Assembly (NCBI RefSeq): GCF_009914755.1
Contig: NC_060939.1
Origin: the human T2T-CHM13v2.0 reference genome, Homo sapiens
DNA: 64,000 nucleotides
Direction: 5' to 3' (one strand)
Shown in pieces: positions 13,698-27,408 of the stretch. The position numbers were made by a program, and so were the translations under genes. Numbering within the stretch: position 1 is the first letter of the stretch; each line of letters opens with the position of its first letter. The notes beneath the pieces were generated by a model. That model ran no database searches and had not been told where the DNA came from. It saw only the letters and a list, made by a program, of their open reading frames with translations.

Positions 13698-14059
13698 GGA
13701 TTGTTTTTTGAAAAGATCAATCTTACATGTTTTAGGATTAAAAGGATAAACATTTTACTCTAAGAATAAATTATGCCTTTACTGGAATCATCTAGTTCAG
13801 TAATTCACAATGCTCCCATTATTTTGCTTATTTCTATTTGGGGTTGGCGGGGGGTGGGTGGCATTTAGCAGATTGAAGAAAGTAGATTTTAAAATTCACT
13901 GTTTTGAGGTCCCAATTCCACCTGATAAAGACCGCACTAAAGATGACTTCCTTGCCCCCAGATACCTCCCAGATGCTCTCAGTGGTCTTGGCAGGGTGGC
14001 CACAGGAGGGGGCCTCCAGTGGTCTAAGCACTGTGTTTCATATATTATTGGTTCTAAGA

Positions 14060-14227
14060 GCTCACAATGACCCGTGAGATAGGTATTGTCTCTTTTTTTT
14101 ACAGATGGGAAGTTGAAGCTCAGAAAAACTGGGTAATTTGCCCAAAGTAACACAGCTCCTCTGTGGGGAGATTGGGATTCAAGCTGGGTCAGTGGGACTT
14201 CAAAGCTCTTTTCAAGACACTGAGCTG
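14060..14227 (-). mobile_element. MIR SINE
   Basis: ctcacaatgacccgtgagataggt...tttacagatgggaagttgaagctcagaaa...ttgcccaaagtaacacagct. Confidence 0.8.
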
Positions 14228-14889
14228 CACAGCAGGAAGGATCCACAGGAAGTGGTACTTCAAAGACACTTGTTGTTTGGCAGGGAGAGTGGGGATTAAC
14301 ACCAGCTTGTCCCAAGACACAGGTGTAACACGTGTGGGGGAGCTGAGGGAGGGGAATTTCTAGTCATTGTTATGAATACCCCGCATCCCACTAGACTAGG
14401 TTGCACCCAGCAGGTGGTATTAGAACCCTCATTGAGAACTCTGGCCCAGTGTTTCTTGGTTTTATTAATCTCCAGAGAAGAGCCCAAAGATTCTCTTCAT
14501 AACCCACTTTTGAGCTAAGAAAGCCATTCATCCCAATAACAATAGCTGGCCTTTATTGAGTGATTGCCATGCACCAAGCTCTGTGTGTGTCACTTACAAA
14601 TACAGGCAGCCTTGCTCTCAAGTTCACACACTTAATACTACCCTAGAAAAATTCTCTTAACATAAAATGCAAGTCAATCTGCAGAGCCCCATTCAGCTCC
14701 ATGCCTTCAGTAGAGAACGTGTGTGTGTAACACTGGGCTATACTGCCCCAAGTGAGAGTTCTCCCCTATGATGGGTAGGCCACATTTGGGTCTTCCAAGT
14801 CACAGCATATGACAGAAAGCAACAGCTCTGCTTTTCTAGGCAGGTAGTCCCATCTCTCCAGGTACTCCTCACTAGAGATGGTGACTATA

Positions 14890-14891
<2 letters not shown>

Positions 14892-14937
<46 letters not shown>

Positions 14938-14967
14938 ACACTCTCATACATACACTACACACACAGA
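14892..14967. repeat. (CA)n microsatellite, about 20 pure units then degenerate
   Basis: Read directly from the sequence. Confidence 0.97.
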
Positions 14968-15141
14968 CATGAATAGCCTCTTTCTTGGATGGAAACATTT
15001 GTTGTAGTCATCTTGTTGCCTAAAACATCACCTCCAATGTTTTTCTGCTCTCTAGAAGTCCAAATTAAAAACTCAAATGTGTGCTATGGAAATCAAATGA
15101 TGTAGACATCTATTACAGATTTCTCCAGGAAGTATTCATTC

Positions 15142-15395
15142 ATGGCAGAATGGTTAAGGACCACAGTCTTGGAGATAACTCAGTTTCAAATCCCATGTCT
15201 GTCGTTTATTAGCTGTGCAATTTTGAGCAAGTTACTTATCTTTTCTGCAGCTCAGCTGCTTCTGTAAAATGGGAATAACACCACTAGCACCTACCTAAAA
15301 GAGATAGTTGAAAGCATTATGGATTGCAGCACGTTGAGTGTGTAAAAATCCCTGAATAAATTAAGCACTGAATAAGTATTACCTATTCTTATCAT
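15142..15395 (+). mobile_element. Near full-length MIR carrying a foreign 36-bp segment at 15319-15354
   Basis: tggttaaggaccacagtcttggag...agctgtgcaattttgagcaagttactt...ctgtaaaatgggaataac...taagcactgaataagtatt. Confidence 0.8.
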
Positions 15396-15419
15396 TTTAA
15401 GTTGAAAGGTAATTAGGTA

Positions 15420-15590
15420 CCCAAAATATTGTCAAAAATATTTCACCAGAATTTAATCAAGCCTTTGCTCTCACTTCCAGATTTCAGAACATACAAGGGG
15501 TAGAAAAACAAGATAAATGAAACTGCGCAGGGCAAACATCAGACAATTCCATAATTGTCATACATTCTACAGGACAACTAGCCAATATAC
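15420..15590 (+). mobile_element. L1M 3'UTR fragment
   Basis: aatttaatcaagcct...acttccag...cattctacaggacaact; resembles 18155-18320. Confidence 0.5.
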
Positions 15591-16636
15591 TCCTACCAAT
15601 TATTATCCAATAATAGTGAATCTTCCAATTACTTTAATGCTTCCACATTAAAGTAATGGTCACCACTGGCCATCACCACAAGCCTCTGCAGGGCAGGCCT
15701 CAGGCCCATTGTGTGGATAAGGAGTTGGTGTTTTGCCCACTGAAGATAGCCAGCTGCCTTGCCTTGGCCACACAGCTAATAAGGACCGAGGGAGGATCAC
15801 AACATTCTTTCCCCAACACCTGTTTTTCTCAAGAGCGCTTCACCTCCACCCTCTGCCCCCCAACTACTGTGCCTCAAATACTCAGATCATTTTGATTTGG
15901 CTTTTGTAACTGCAGTTAGGAGACAGCTGAAACAGAACAAACACAGAAAAACTGAAACCCTCCTAACCTCTCGGTTCTAATTTACCTTTTGTCGATTTGA
16001 GTCACTGGCTACCATCTGCTGAACTAGCTACCTGGCTGCATCCTTGGGAGGCCACAGCTGACTCACTTTGCCACATTTGCCTGGTGAAGAAGGGCATATT
16101 CAAAGGTGAACTGGCACAGTCAGCAGCTTGCGCTTAATTATTCACTAAGACTTTCAGGACTTATTTCTTCAGGGTTAACAGAAGAACCCAAGCCTGTGAA
16201 TGTAGCCCTCTGCACCCAGCATCTAGCCCAGTACCGGTCACAACCAAGTTCTTAGACGTGTTTTCGGCTAAGGATATCTTTCCATCATTTTTCACCTGCA
16301 AATATTGACCCAACTTGAAGGGACACCCACACAGTTGGGACAATTTCAGCATCAAAATGAATAATTGATGGTAATGGATTGCAGCACATTGAACGTGTAA
16401 AAATCCCTGTGTTTAAATGAGAATCAATGAAGAGAAAGCAAGCCAGCAAACAAATCCTCATTTGTTATCTTGGAGAAGGCCATTACACCAACTCCTTACT
16501 CTGGAAAGTGGTAAATAAAAGGTAAGAATTATGTTCTTTCCAGTTAGAACTCTATTTTAGGTTGACCATTAAGCCCCTGTTGATGAGGCAAGGCCTTTTT
16601 TATGGTTGAATACTGGTTACTAAATGTAGAAGGAAT

Positions 16637-17670
<1,034 letters not shown>

Positions 17671-17841
17671 CTAGTCACAAGTCACTGCTTCTATAGTGGG
17701 GCATCTGGCTGTAATGATCTAAACCCATGATTGGTCTTAGCACTTCCAAAGTGGGATAGCCAGACATTCTGTAACTCTTGATGAGATGCAATACAAAGTA
17801 CACAGTACCACGTATAAAACATTTTCATAAAAAATATTCTA

Positions 17842-18152
17842 GGCCAGGTGCAGTGGCTCATCCCTGTAATTCTAGCACTCTGGGAGCCCAAGGCAGGTGG
17901 ATCACCTAAGGTCAGGAGTTTGAGACCAGCCTGGCCAACATAGTGAAACCTCATTTCTACTAAAAATACAAAAATCAGCCAGGCGTGTTTGTGCACACCT
18001 GTAGTCTCAGCTATCCAGGAGGCTGAGGCAGGAGAATCGCTTGAACCCAGGAGGCAGAGGTTGCAGTAAGTCGAGACTGTGCCACTGCACTCCAGCCTGG
18101 GTGACAGAGTGAGACTCTGTCTCAAAAAAAAAAAAAAACAAACACACACAAA
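17842..18152 (+). mobile_element. Full-length AluSx-like
   Basis: ggatcacctaaggtcaggagtttgagacc; A/AC tail. Confidence 0.96.
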
Positions 18153-19524
18153 AATCTACCCAAATCTAGTCAAATTTTCAGATATTACTTCCAGGTTATA
18201 GGAGATACAGAAGGTAGAAGAACAGGAGAAATGATATCGCAAAAAGAAAAAGTCAGATGATTGAAGAATTATTCAGTTCTATGGGACAACTGACTTGTAT
18301 CCTCAATAAATAAATGTCATGGAAATGGAGAGGAAAGAAAGAGATGAATTCTTGCATGGATAATCCACAAGAATTGGAATTATGAAATTCTATCATCTTC
18401 TGGAAGACGAATTTCTTCCTAGAACAGTGCCCAGAGCAAGAACGAGGCCATATTGAACACTCAATACATATCTGGGCTCTCAGTACGTATCTGTTAAAAG
18501 TAAGAATGGATAAGTAAGTGAATTAAATGTATTGATGAGACAAAGAGGCTCAGAGTGCTATGTGCTGTGCTCAGTGGGGACAGCAGGTTGGTGGCAGAGC
18601 TTGGACTGATGCTTGATCTATCAATCCCTAACCTGGTGCTTGTTCCGTAGTTCCCTGTTTATTTTTGCTTTTTCATATATAATTTAGTTCCAGATTTTAA
18701 AAAACCTTAAGAGACATAACAACCAGATGTAATGGGTGGTTCCTAGTTGGATCCTGGTTTGAATAAGCCCAGCTGAGAAACTGAACAGGAACTGGCTATA
18801 AGATAACATTAACACATCTCTGAGAATGCTGTCAGGTGAGACGTGGGTATTGTGGTTACACAGGAAGCAGTCAGTTATTGTTTTCTGGAAACGTATACTA
18901 AAATTTTTAGAGGGAAAAGTCATGATATTGGCAATTTTCTTTAAAACATTGCAACATAAAGAACTTGGTGAACCATTTCCAGTAACATGTTAGTAACTAT
19001 CAAATCTAGGAAATGGAGACACGAGCACTGATTAGGTTTCTCTTTGTTCTATGTGAAATGTTCATAATGAGATGGGTGGGTAGGCAGGTAGATGGATAGA
19101 TAGACACCCAGCTACCCAGCCAGAAAAATTCTGGAATTCTTTCATGTCTCAATGAAATTATCAATTTTGCCTTAGTAGGATGGGAATGATATTAAAAATT
19201 TTTTCTCAAACAGCTATTTTCTAAGAATGTTAACTTTAACATTGACTTAATTCTTATTAAGAGAAACAACTTTATTCTTCAACATCTTCAAGTCACATGC
19301 ATTTACACAGCACGTGTTGTATTGAATAAAGAGCTTAGAAACGACCAAAGTGCCCCAAAACATTTGGAATGTGTTTCTCAAACAGTGTGCAGGAAATGCT
19401 ATTCCTCACAATGTTTCATTAAGATAAACTAGGGGGAGAGGGTGCCAAGGCCGATTGAGTTTAGTAAATCCCCTGCTAGAGCAGTCTGTAGCTCTGTGCT
19501 GATGAAAAATCTCAGAAGACAGAA

Positions 19525-20120
<596 letters not shown>

Positions 20121-20672
20121 AACAACACATTCTAAACAATCTAGGAGAAGCTGACAGCCCTCAGTTACAGCATTTTGCACCGCATTTGAGTAGTAATTCT
20201 AAGAAGGTGCCACAGAGAGGGCTAGCAGCATGGCTTCTGGTTAACGCTGCACTGACCCAGAAGAATCCAGCTATTGGACTACTTGAGAGATGGAGAGAGA
20301 CAGCTCTTCTTGCCTTCCTGCCTAGTTTACCCTGTGCACACCTCCAAATTTGCTCACAGAAGGGGAAGCATCTGCTGTGTGGTTGCAGCCATCGCACCCA
20401 ACCTGCTTAGTGCAGGGTACTCCCTAAATTGTAAGATGTGATCACACATTTGAACATGAGAAAGCATTAAGGGGTTATTGGTTTACAGTTGCATGTGCTT
20501 AAGGAACTAAGTTGTACATGAAAAACACAAAAACGAAAGCAGGGAGTAGATTGTAGAATGAGCCCTGTGTGTGAAATTGGCAGACCTGTCAGTCCCAGGT
20601 TTGCCTCCAGCTGGCTACCCATTATTAACACAGGACCTAGCCTTCTAGGGCTGTGTGACCTCATCTATTGAA

Positions 20673-20736
<64 letters not shown>

Positions 20737-20770
20737 CACCTACCTACCTATCAATCTATCTATCTATCTG

Positions 20771-20804
<34 letters not shown>

Positions 20805-20903
20805 CATCTGTCCGTCTGTCGGTCCATCCATCCATCCATCCGTCCATCCATCCGTCCGTCTATCCATCCATCCATCCATCCATCCATCCATCCATCCAGC
20901 CAT
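20673..20903. repeat. Compound tetranucleotide STR (TCTG)n-(TCTA)n-(TCCA)n
   Basis: Read directly from the sequence. Confidence 0.98.
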
Positions 20904-20904
20904 C

Positions 20905-20970
20905 CTCTCATTCCATGAATAGTTTTTTTTGAGTGCCCAGTATGTGCCAAGTACTACACTAGGCAGTAGG
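20905..20970 (-). mobile_element. L2 3'-terminal fragment
   Basis: tttgagtgcccagtatgtgccaagtactacactagg. Confidence 0.6.
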
Positions 20971-21485
20971 CAGGCATGTCTGCCTCCAGAAGATGACAGA
21001 TTTCCTAAAGCAGTGTACATTACTTCTGGATTATCTTTGTCAGGCTCCACTTCCCCTTTACCTTTTTTTTTTTTTTTTTTTTGCACAAGTAATTGTGAGT
21101 AACTATAGGCACTTTTGAGAAGGGTGGCTTTCAGCTAAACCTAAAAGAAACTTCTGGGTAAATATAAATGATCAGCATAAAAACAACATAGTCGTTCTCT
21201 TGGGATTTTAAAACTGACATGGTGACAAATTGTTGATGGAGGATGGACAGCTTCCAGGGCAGAGAAAGTGAACTGGTGGCCCTGGCCAGGCCAGCCCAGC
21301 CCACAGCTGTGCTCAGTTAGGCTTGCCTGGTGTACCCACACAGCTGTTTTTCTCCTAACAGAGATTTGTTTCTCTAGACCACCGACTTTATCAAAAGTGG
21401 GAAAATCAGAATAGGATTAAGAACAAGAGATCTTTTCCAAAAAATTGTATTGACCATGCAGTGGGCTCTACCCTTTTTTGTTTTC

Positions 21486-21491
<6 letters not shown>

Positions 21492-21537
<46 letters not shown>

Positions 21538-21550
21538 CGCGCGCGCACGT
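21492..21550. repeat. (TG)19 running into (GC)9 and acgt: unbroken alternating purine-pyrimidine tract
   Basis: Read directly from the sequence. Confidence 0.97.
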
Positions 21551-21954
21551 TTGTTTTTGTATACCCCATCTGACCACAACAGCTGTTGGGTTTGTGGCAC
21601 TTCACTCCAGACTAAAAGATAAGTTTGTCTGTACCTGGCCTCTCAAAAACGTCATTTGGAAAGTTGTTTCCTAATATGAGGGGTTGGGGGAAGGGAGCAG
21701 CGGAAGACGAGGAGAGGGTGCCCCCTTTCTGTAACTTCCCAGCTACAGCAGAGACAGACAAATCTCACACTGTAAGCCGAGACAGGCTGGGGATTATCTG
21801 GCTCACTCCTGATTTAATACATGAAGAAATGAAGCCTCAGAGAAGCCCAGAGCTTGCCCTAAGCCAGACAGCTGAACCGAAACAGGACCAACCCGCTCTC
21901 CTGACTCTGCCCTATGGTTTTTTCCCTCTCCTTTAAGATGCCTCAACCTCGAGT

Positions 21955-21966
21955 GAAAGTGAAACT
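21955..21966 (+). promoter_or_regulatory. ISRE/IRF consensus motif (candidate)
   Basis: GAAAGTGAAACT matches GAAANNGAAACT; motif match only. Confidence 0.35.
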
Positions 21967-22252
21967 GCAACTTCTATTAAATCATGCTTTTTAATCATCT
22001 CTGAGCACCACGACTTTTTACACGGTTTCCCCTCCTAGGTAATTATCTAAGTGAAATCTTTCATTCTGTCCTGGCATGAGGAGCCCAGAAAAATGAGCCC
22101 CCAAGAGTTGGCTCACTGGCAGCATGCCCTGCAAAGCTTCTCTGGTTTGCTAAGAAGCACTTCAGAGCCCCAAACTCATCTTTCTCATGTCACAAAAGAG
22201 TGACTGCTCCTGCAGGAATGTCACAAGTACAAAACAAAGGAACTCGGGATCA

Positions 22253-22440
22253 TCAGTAGAGTTCAGTGTTAAGAACATGAACTTGGAACCAAACTGGAGT
22301 TGGGAAAAACTTTTCTTTGGCCCGGTTTCCTCTTCTTAACACCAAATAAACGATAGTACCTATTTCATACTGTTGTTGTTAAGTGAGATAATAAATAAGA
22401 AAATGCCCAAGGTAAGTGCCAAAAAGATGTCAGTTACTAT
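22253..22440 (+). mobile_element. Degraded MIR
   Basis: cagtgttaagaacatgaacttggaacc...gatagtacctatttcatactgttgttg...taagtgccaaaaagatgtcagttact. Confidence 0.6.
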
Positions 22441-23666
22441 AGTTATAAATAGGTAAACAAATGTATTATTCACTTGGACTGCTCTTAGTTCTTTTTGTTT
22501 TGGAAAGACCAGAGAATCATAATTCCCTTTCACAAGTTGTTTAGATATTGAAGTCCTAACAGAAATTTTGGATAAAGATTATTAAGAAAGCAGAAAATTT
22601 CCCAACACAAATCTTTTTTCTTTTCTTTTTTAAAATCTTACAGACAGCTTCAAGTAAAGTTCAATCCTAGTTAGTCACCTCTGAGGGGCTGTTACTCTGC
22701 TCTCCCTGTAGCATGTCATACTGGATGTGCTTATCAATGTTGCATTCTTTTTCTGCTTTAATCAGCCAACGTGGGGCACTGTGTGAAAAATGTAGCAATC
22801 ACCTCTGTCCCCAACAGGTATACTAATTGTATCATTTCCATAACAAACTCATCCTTCACCCGCGTGAGTCCTTGGAATTTGTGGATAGTCCCTTCCATAG
22901 CCAGCTCTCCTCTCTGAGGGGTCTTTGTCTGGAAGGTTAAAGCCTAATGGTCCCAGAATATTGAGGGGGTGCCCAGGATAGGGGAGGACCGGATGACTTT
23001 GGAAGCATTTCGTGGTAGAACCAGGAAGTACAACCACCTAATTTAAGCATGTTTACAGCACAGTAGCATTGCAAACCACCTTAGAAATATGAACAGGAGA
23101 AACACCTGCAGCTCACAGAGGTAAGCCCTACGCTTAATTCCAGCATATGACTACCTCTGTCACTAAGAGTTGGGATTCGTCTTCATTAAACTACAAATGT
23201 ATCTTTTTTGGTAAAATGATTTTTTTCTTGCCTTCCTCCAAAATACTGCACTTCTACCACCTACAGTTGAAGTCATTTTTCTGCCTGAGGGCATTGCTAG
23301 TTTTCTGGTTCTAAAAACCAAAGAGAAAGGAAGGGAAGCCTGAATGTCACTTTTCTGCACAAATTTGCAAAACTGCCGCCCAACCCCAGCCATCCCCAAG
23401 CCTCCACATGAGCAGCTACTTGCATGGCATTGCAACAAGGACCTATTGTGAAGCCCTGAGGTGAACAAACTGCTGAAAAGGGTTGTGAATTGCGGATTAT
23501 TAGCATAAGTAACTTCTCAAATGAGTTTTCAGGAGGAGTCTTGGTTTCTTAGAAGGCTTAAGGCTTACTCTAAAAAGTAAATCATCACTGAAAGTTAAAA
23601 GAAGCAACAATCGTAAAAGACTAATTACCAACAATGTGAGGTCAATAAGATCACAAGTTAATTTTT

Positions 23667-23966
<300 letters not shown>

Positions 23967-24769
23967 CACGAATTAATTTTTTAATCCATATCTCTATACA
24001 GCTATACCATAAAATGCTTATGGCTGTTAATATTTTCTGCATAGTGACATAATGGCTAATTTTCATTTAACTTTTATCAATCTGTATTTACTACTTTTGT
24101 CTGTAACAAATATATATTTCTTGTTGAAAAACTCAACTAAATAAAAATAAACAGATGGAAGCCTACTGAGGATCATAAAGTATGGGGCAGGCTGTGCGAC
24201 TCTGGGCAGAATGCCTTGTTTTCATTGCTGCCTGCCGATGGCCCCTTCTCTTAGCTGCCCTAGGAAGAAAAACTCCATTAGCACTTGGAGGCCTAATGCG
24301 CTGAGTAGTGATCTTTATATGTTACACTAAACATGTCTGCTGTAATAGATTTCAAAATCTAACCTTCCTACCTTTACAAATTATGAATCCATGCCTACCA
24401 CATTTGTTCTTTTCTTTGGCAAAGAAAACTCCCACAGGAAGTGGAAACACTCATTTTTTAACAGTGACTTTTTTATAATTAGGAATGGAGTCATGGTCTC
24501 AGTAGTGCTTTGCAGTATGTAATTCTCTGGGTTCTGTGATCTTTTCTCAAGCCACACTTCAAGTTTCTTTTTTAAGACAGTATCAGCCAATGTGCTGCAT
24601 CAACTAGTGAGGGAGTAAGAAGAGAAACCTACCAGAACTGCACATTCCAGTTGGTTGTTCAGAAACAGAATAAGCAGTAGGGAAGAGATAAGCACCTGGT
24701 TTCATAAAAATTTCGAAACTGGGTTTTAGTTCCCCCTTTATATACATACTTAATTTTTAATGATGTTTC

Positions 24770-25375
24770 AGACCTTGGCTTAAATGTCAGTTCTACAGGA
24801 ATGCCCTCCTTGACTCCTCATATTAGCTGGTCCTCCTATTATACTTTATCTTTGCACTTTGTTTTTGGGGTTATTTTATTTTATTTTATTTTGAGACAGA
24901 GTCTTGCTCTGTCGTCCAGGTTGGAATGCAGTGGCACAATCTCGGCGCGCTGCACTCTCCACCTCCCAAGTTCAAGCAATTCTACTGCCTCAGGCTCCCA
25001 AGCAGCTAGGATTACAGGCCACCACACTTGGCTAATTTTTATATTTTCAGTAGAGATGGAATTTCATCACGTTTCCCAGGCTGGTCTCAAACTCCTGACC
25101 TCAAGTGATCTGCCCACCTCAGCCTCTCAAAGTGCTGGGATTACAGGCGTGAGCTACCAAGCCCGGTCTGCATTTTGTATTTTTATGTTGGCATCTATCA
25201 CTGCTATAATAAAGTAATTATGTGTGTAATTGTTTGTGTAACTGCCTGTTTCTCCCACCAGACTATGAGAGGAAAGACTATATCTGTCTTTTTGCTGTAA
25301 TATTTTCAACATCTAGTTCTGAGACTAGAATATATATAGTTAAGTATTTATTGAATAAACGAAAGAAAGAGTGAA
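24770..25375 (+). mobile_element. L2 3' region split by an Alu
   Basis: cttaaatgtcagttctacaggaatgccctccttgact...tctcccaccagactatgag...agtatttattgaataaac. Confidence 0.7.
24870..25168 (-). mobile_element. AluSz/Sx-like with (TTTTA)n tail
   Basis: tgacctcaagtgatctgccc; TSD tgcactttgt/tgcattttgt. Confidence 0.96.
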
Positions 25376-25489
25376 AGAAATACTCTCCAGCCCTTTGCTG
25401 TAACCTCTTTCTGCTTTTTGGTATTTGGCTTCGCATTAATTGCCTAGCAAACTCATGATAATATAAATAATTATTGTGCAACTGCTATA

Positions 25490-25680
25490 CAGTTATTATT
25501 GGATATAAATGGTCCTTCACACTTTTCATGTGCTTTTCAATGTAGAGAAGATGAGGTGGTGGTGTTGTTACATCCATACTAGAGTTGAGGGACAAGAGGT
25601 TCAGCAAATGATTTATCCAATCAAAGTTACAAAGAGCTAGAACCACAAACTGCAAACACGTTCTACAGAACATTGACCCT
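25490..25680 (-). mobile_element. Degraded MIR
   Basis: agaggttcagcaaatgatttatccaatcaaagttacaaagagctag. Confidence 0.4.
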
Positions 25681-26304
25681 CAGGAACGCAAGGCTCATCT
25701 GCTTCCATGAGCAGCAGTCCCCACCCCAAAGTCCTTCTTTGCAGAACTTCCGTTTCTGGGCCTTCTTTATTGTAGAGGTTCAAATGGGTATAATCAATAA
25801 TGTTTTAATTTCATTCCAGATAAGATTTGTATTTTAATAGAGGCCCTTGAGGTAATTTTAGGTGATACAATAGTCTTTTAAAATATAGTTATAAGTTTAC
25901 TTTGATGTGAATTATTGAAAAATGCAAATAGACACCTAATGTGTAATTTCACAGATGTTACTGCTTTGGATGAGGCTAAGTATAAAGAAAAGTCAATTTT
26001 TTTTAAATGTAAAAAATAGAAGAAAAAGTAGTTCATAGATCTGGTGAATATTGGAAAGGTAGTATGTAAAGAACTGAAGTTTGGGAAACACAGCTTTAAC
26101 CCTAAGGATTGAAAAACTAGGAACATAGTAAGTACTCAGTAAGTGTCTATTTATCCATTTATTACAAAAAATGTGTTGAGCTCCTACTATATTTACTACG
26201 AGCTAGAGAAACGATAGTGATCAAGACAGCTAGATGGAATCCTTGCCCTAACCAAGCTACAGCCATTCACATGAAGGAACAGATAAATGAATAAATGAAT
26301 TATG

Positions 26305-26657
26305 AGGAAGAATGGAAGGGAGGGAGGGAGGAAGGGAGGGAGGGAGGAAAGAGAGAAGAAAGGAAAAGAGGTAGGAAGAAATGAAGAGAGGGAGAAGGAA
26401 GGCAGGAAGGGAGGGAAAGAGGGAGGAGAAAAGAAGAAAGGAATAGAGGGAAGAAGGAATAGAGGGAGGAAGAAAGGGAGGGAGAAGGAAAGGAGGGAGG
26501 GAAGAAGGAAGAGAGGAAGGAGAAGGGAAGGAAAAGGTGGGGAAGGGAGGGAGAAGGAAAGGAGGGAGGGAAGAAGGAAGAGAGGAAGGAGAAGGGAAGG
26601 AAAAGGTGGGGAAGGGAAGAGAAGGGAGGGAGAAAGGGAGGGAGAAAGAAAAGGAAC
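26305..26657. repeat. GA-rich polypurine tract with an exact 69-bp tandem duplication (26474-26617)
   Basis: Copies start at 26474 and 26543; also visible as a repeated 23-aa unit in the ORF track. Confidence 0.95.
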
Positions 26658-27064
26658 ATCCAAATACAGGAATTGTAATGAATATGTAAGAGCAAGGAGA
26701 ACTAAGTTTAGAGCTAGGTATTCTCTAGTGGGTCCTCAAATTACCTGCTTATACTTTCCATGGAGAGCAGCATACACAACATTTGATTTTGCTGACTTTC
26801 CTCTGGAGATTCAACAGAGATCTTTCTCCATTTGTGTGTTTTCTTCTAGCAATATCAGGGCTCACTTGTTAGACATTTTGACTGCCATGTTATCAGGATG
26901 CCTTAGGCACACAAACGTCCCAGAAAGCCAAAGGTGCCACAGAATGACCATGAATGACACTTATCTAGATTCTAGGCCCTAGAAACTTTGAGGGATGTGG
27001 CAAGAGGGGACCCAAGGAAGCTTGGATGCTTTCCCGTCTCACCAAAGGGAGGAAATCCACATAA

Positions 27065-27408
<344 letters not shown>

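Noticed and set aside
20655-21086. Overlapping ORFs with SIYL/PSIH/GWMD repeats
   Set aside because: Translations of the tetranucleotide STR.
26302-26982. Longest ORF (226 aa, R/G/E/K-rich) and its antisense P/F/S/L ORFs
   Set aside because: Stop codons need T, and the polypurine tract has almost none; this is a low-complexity artefact.
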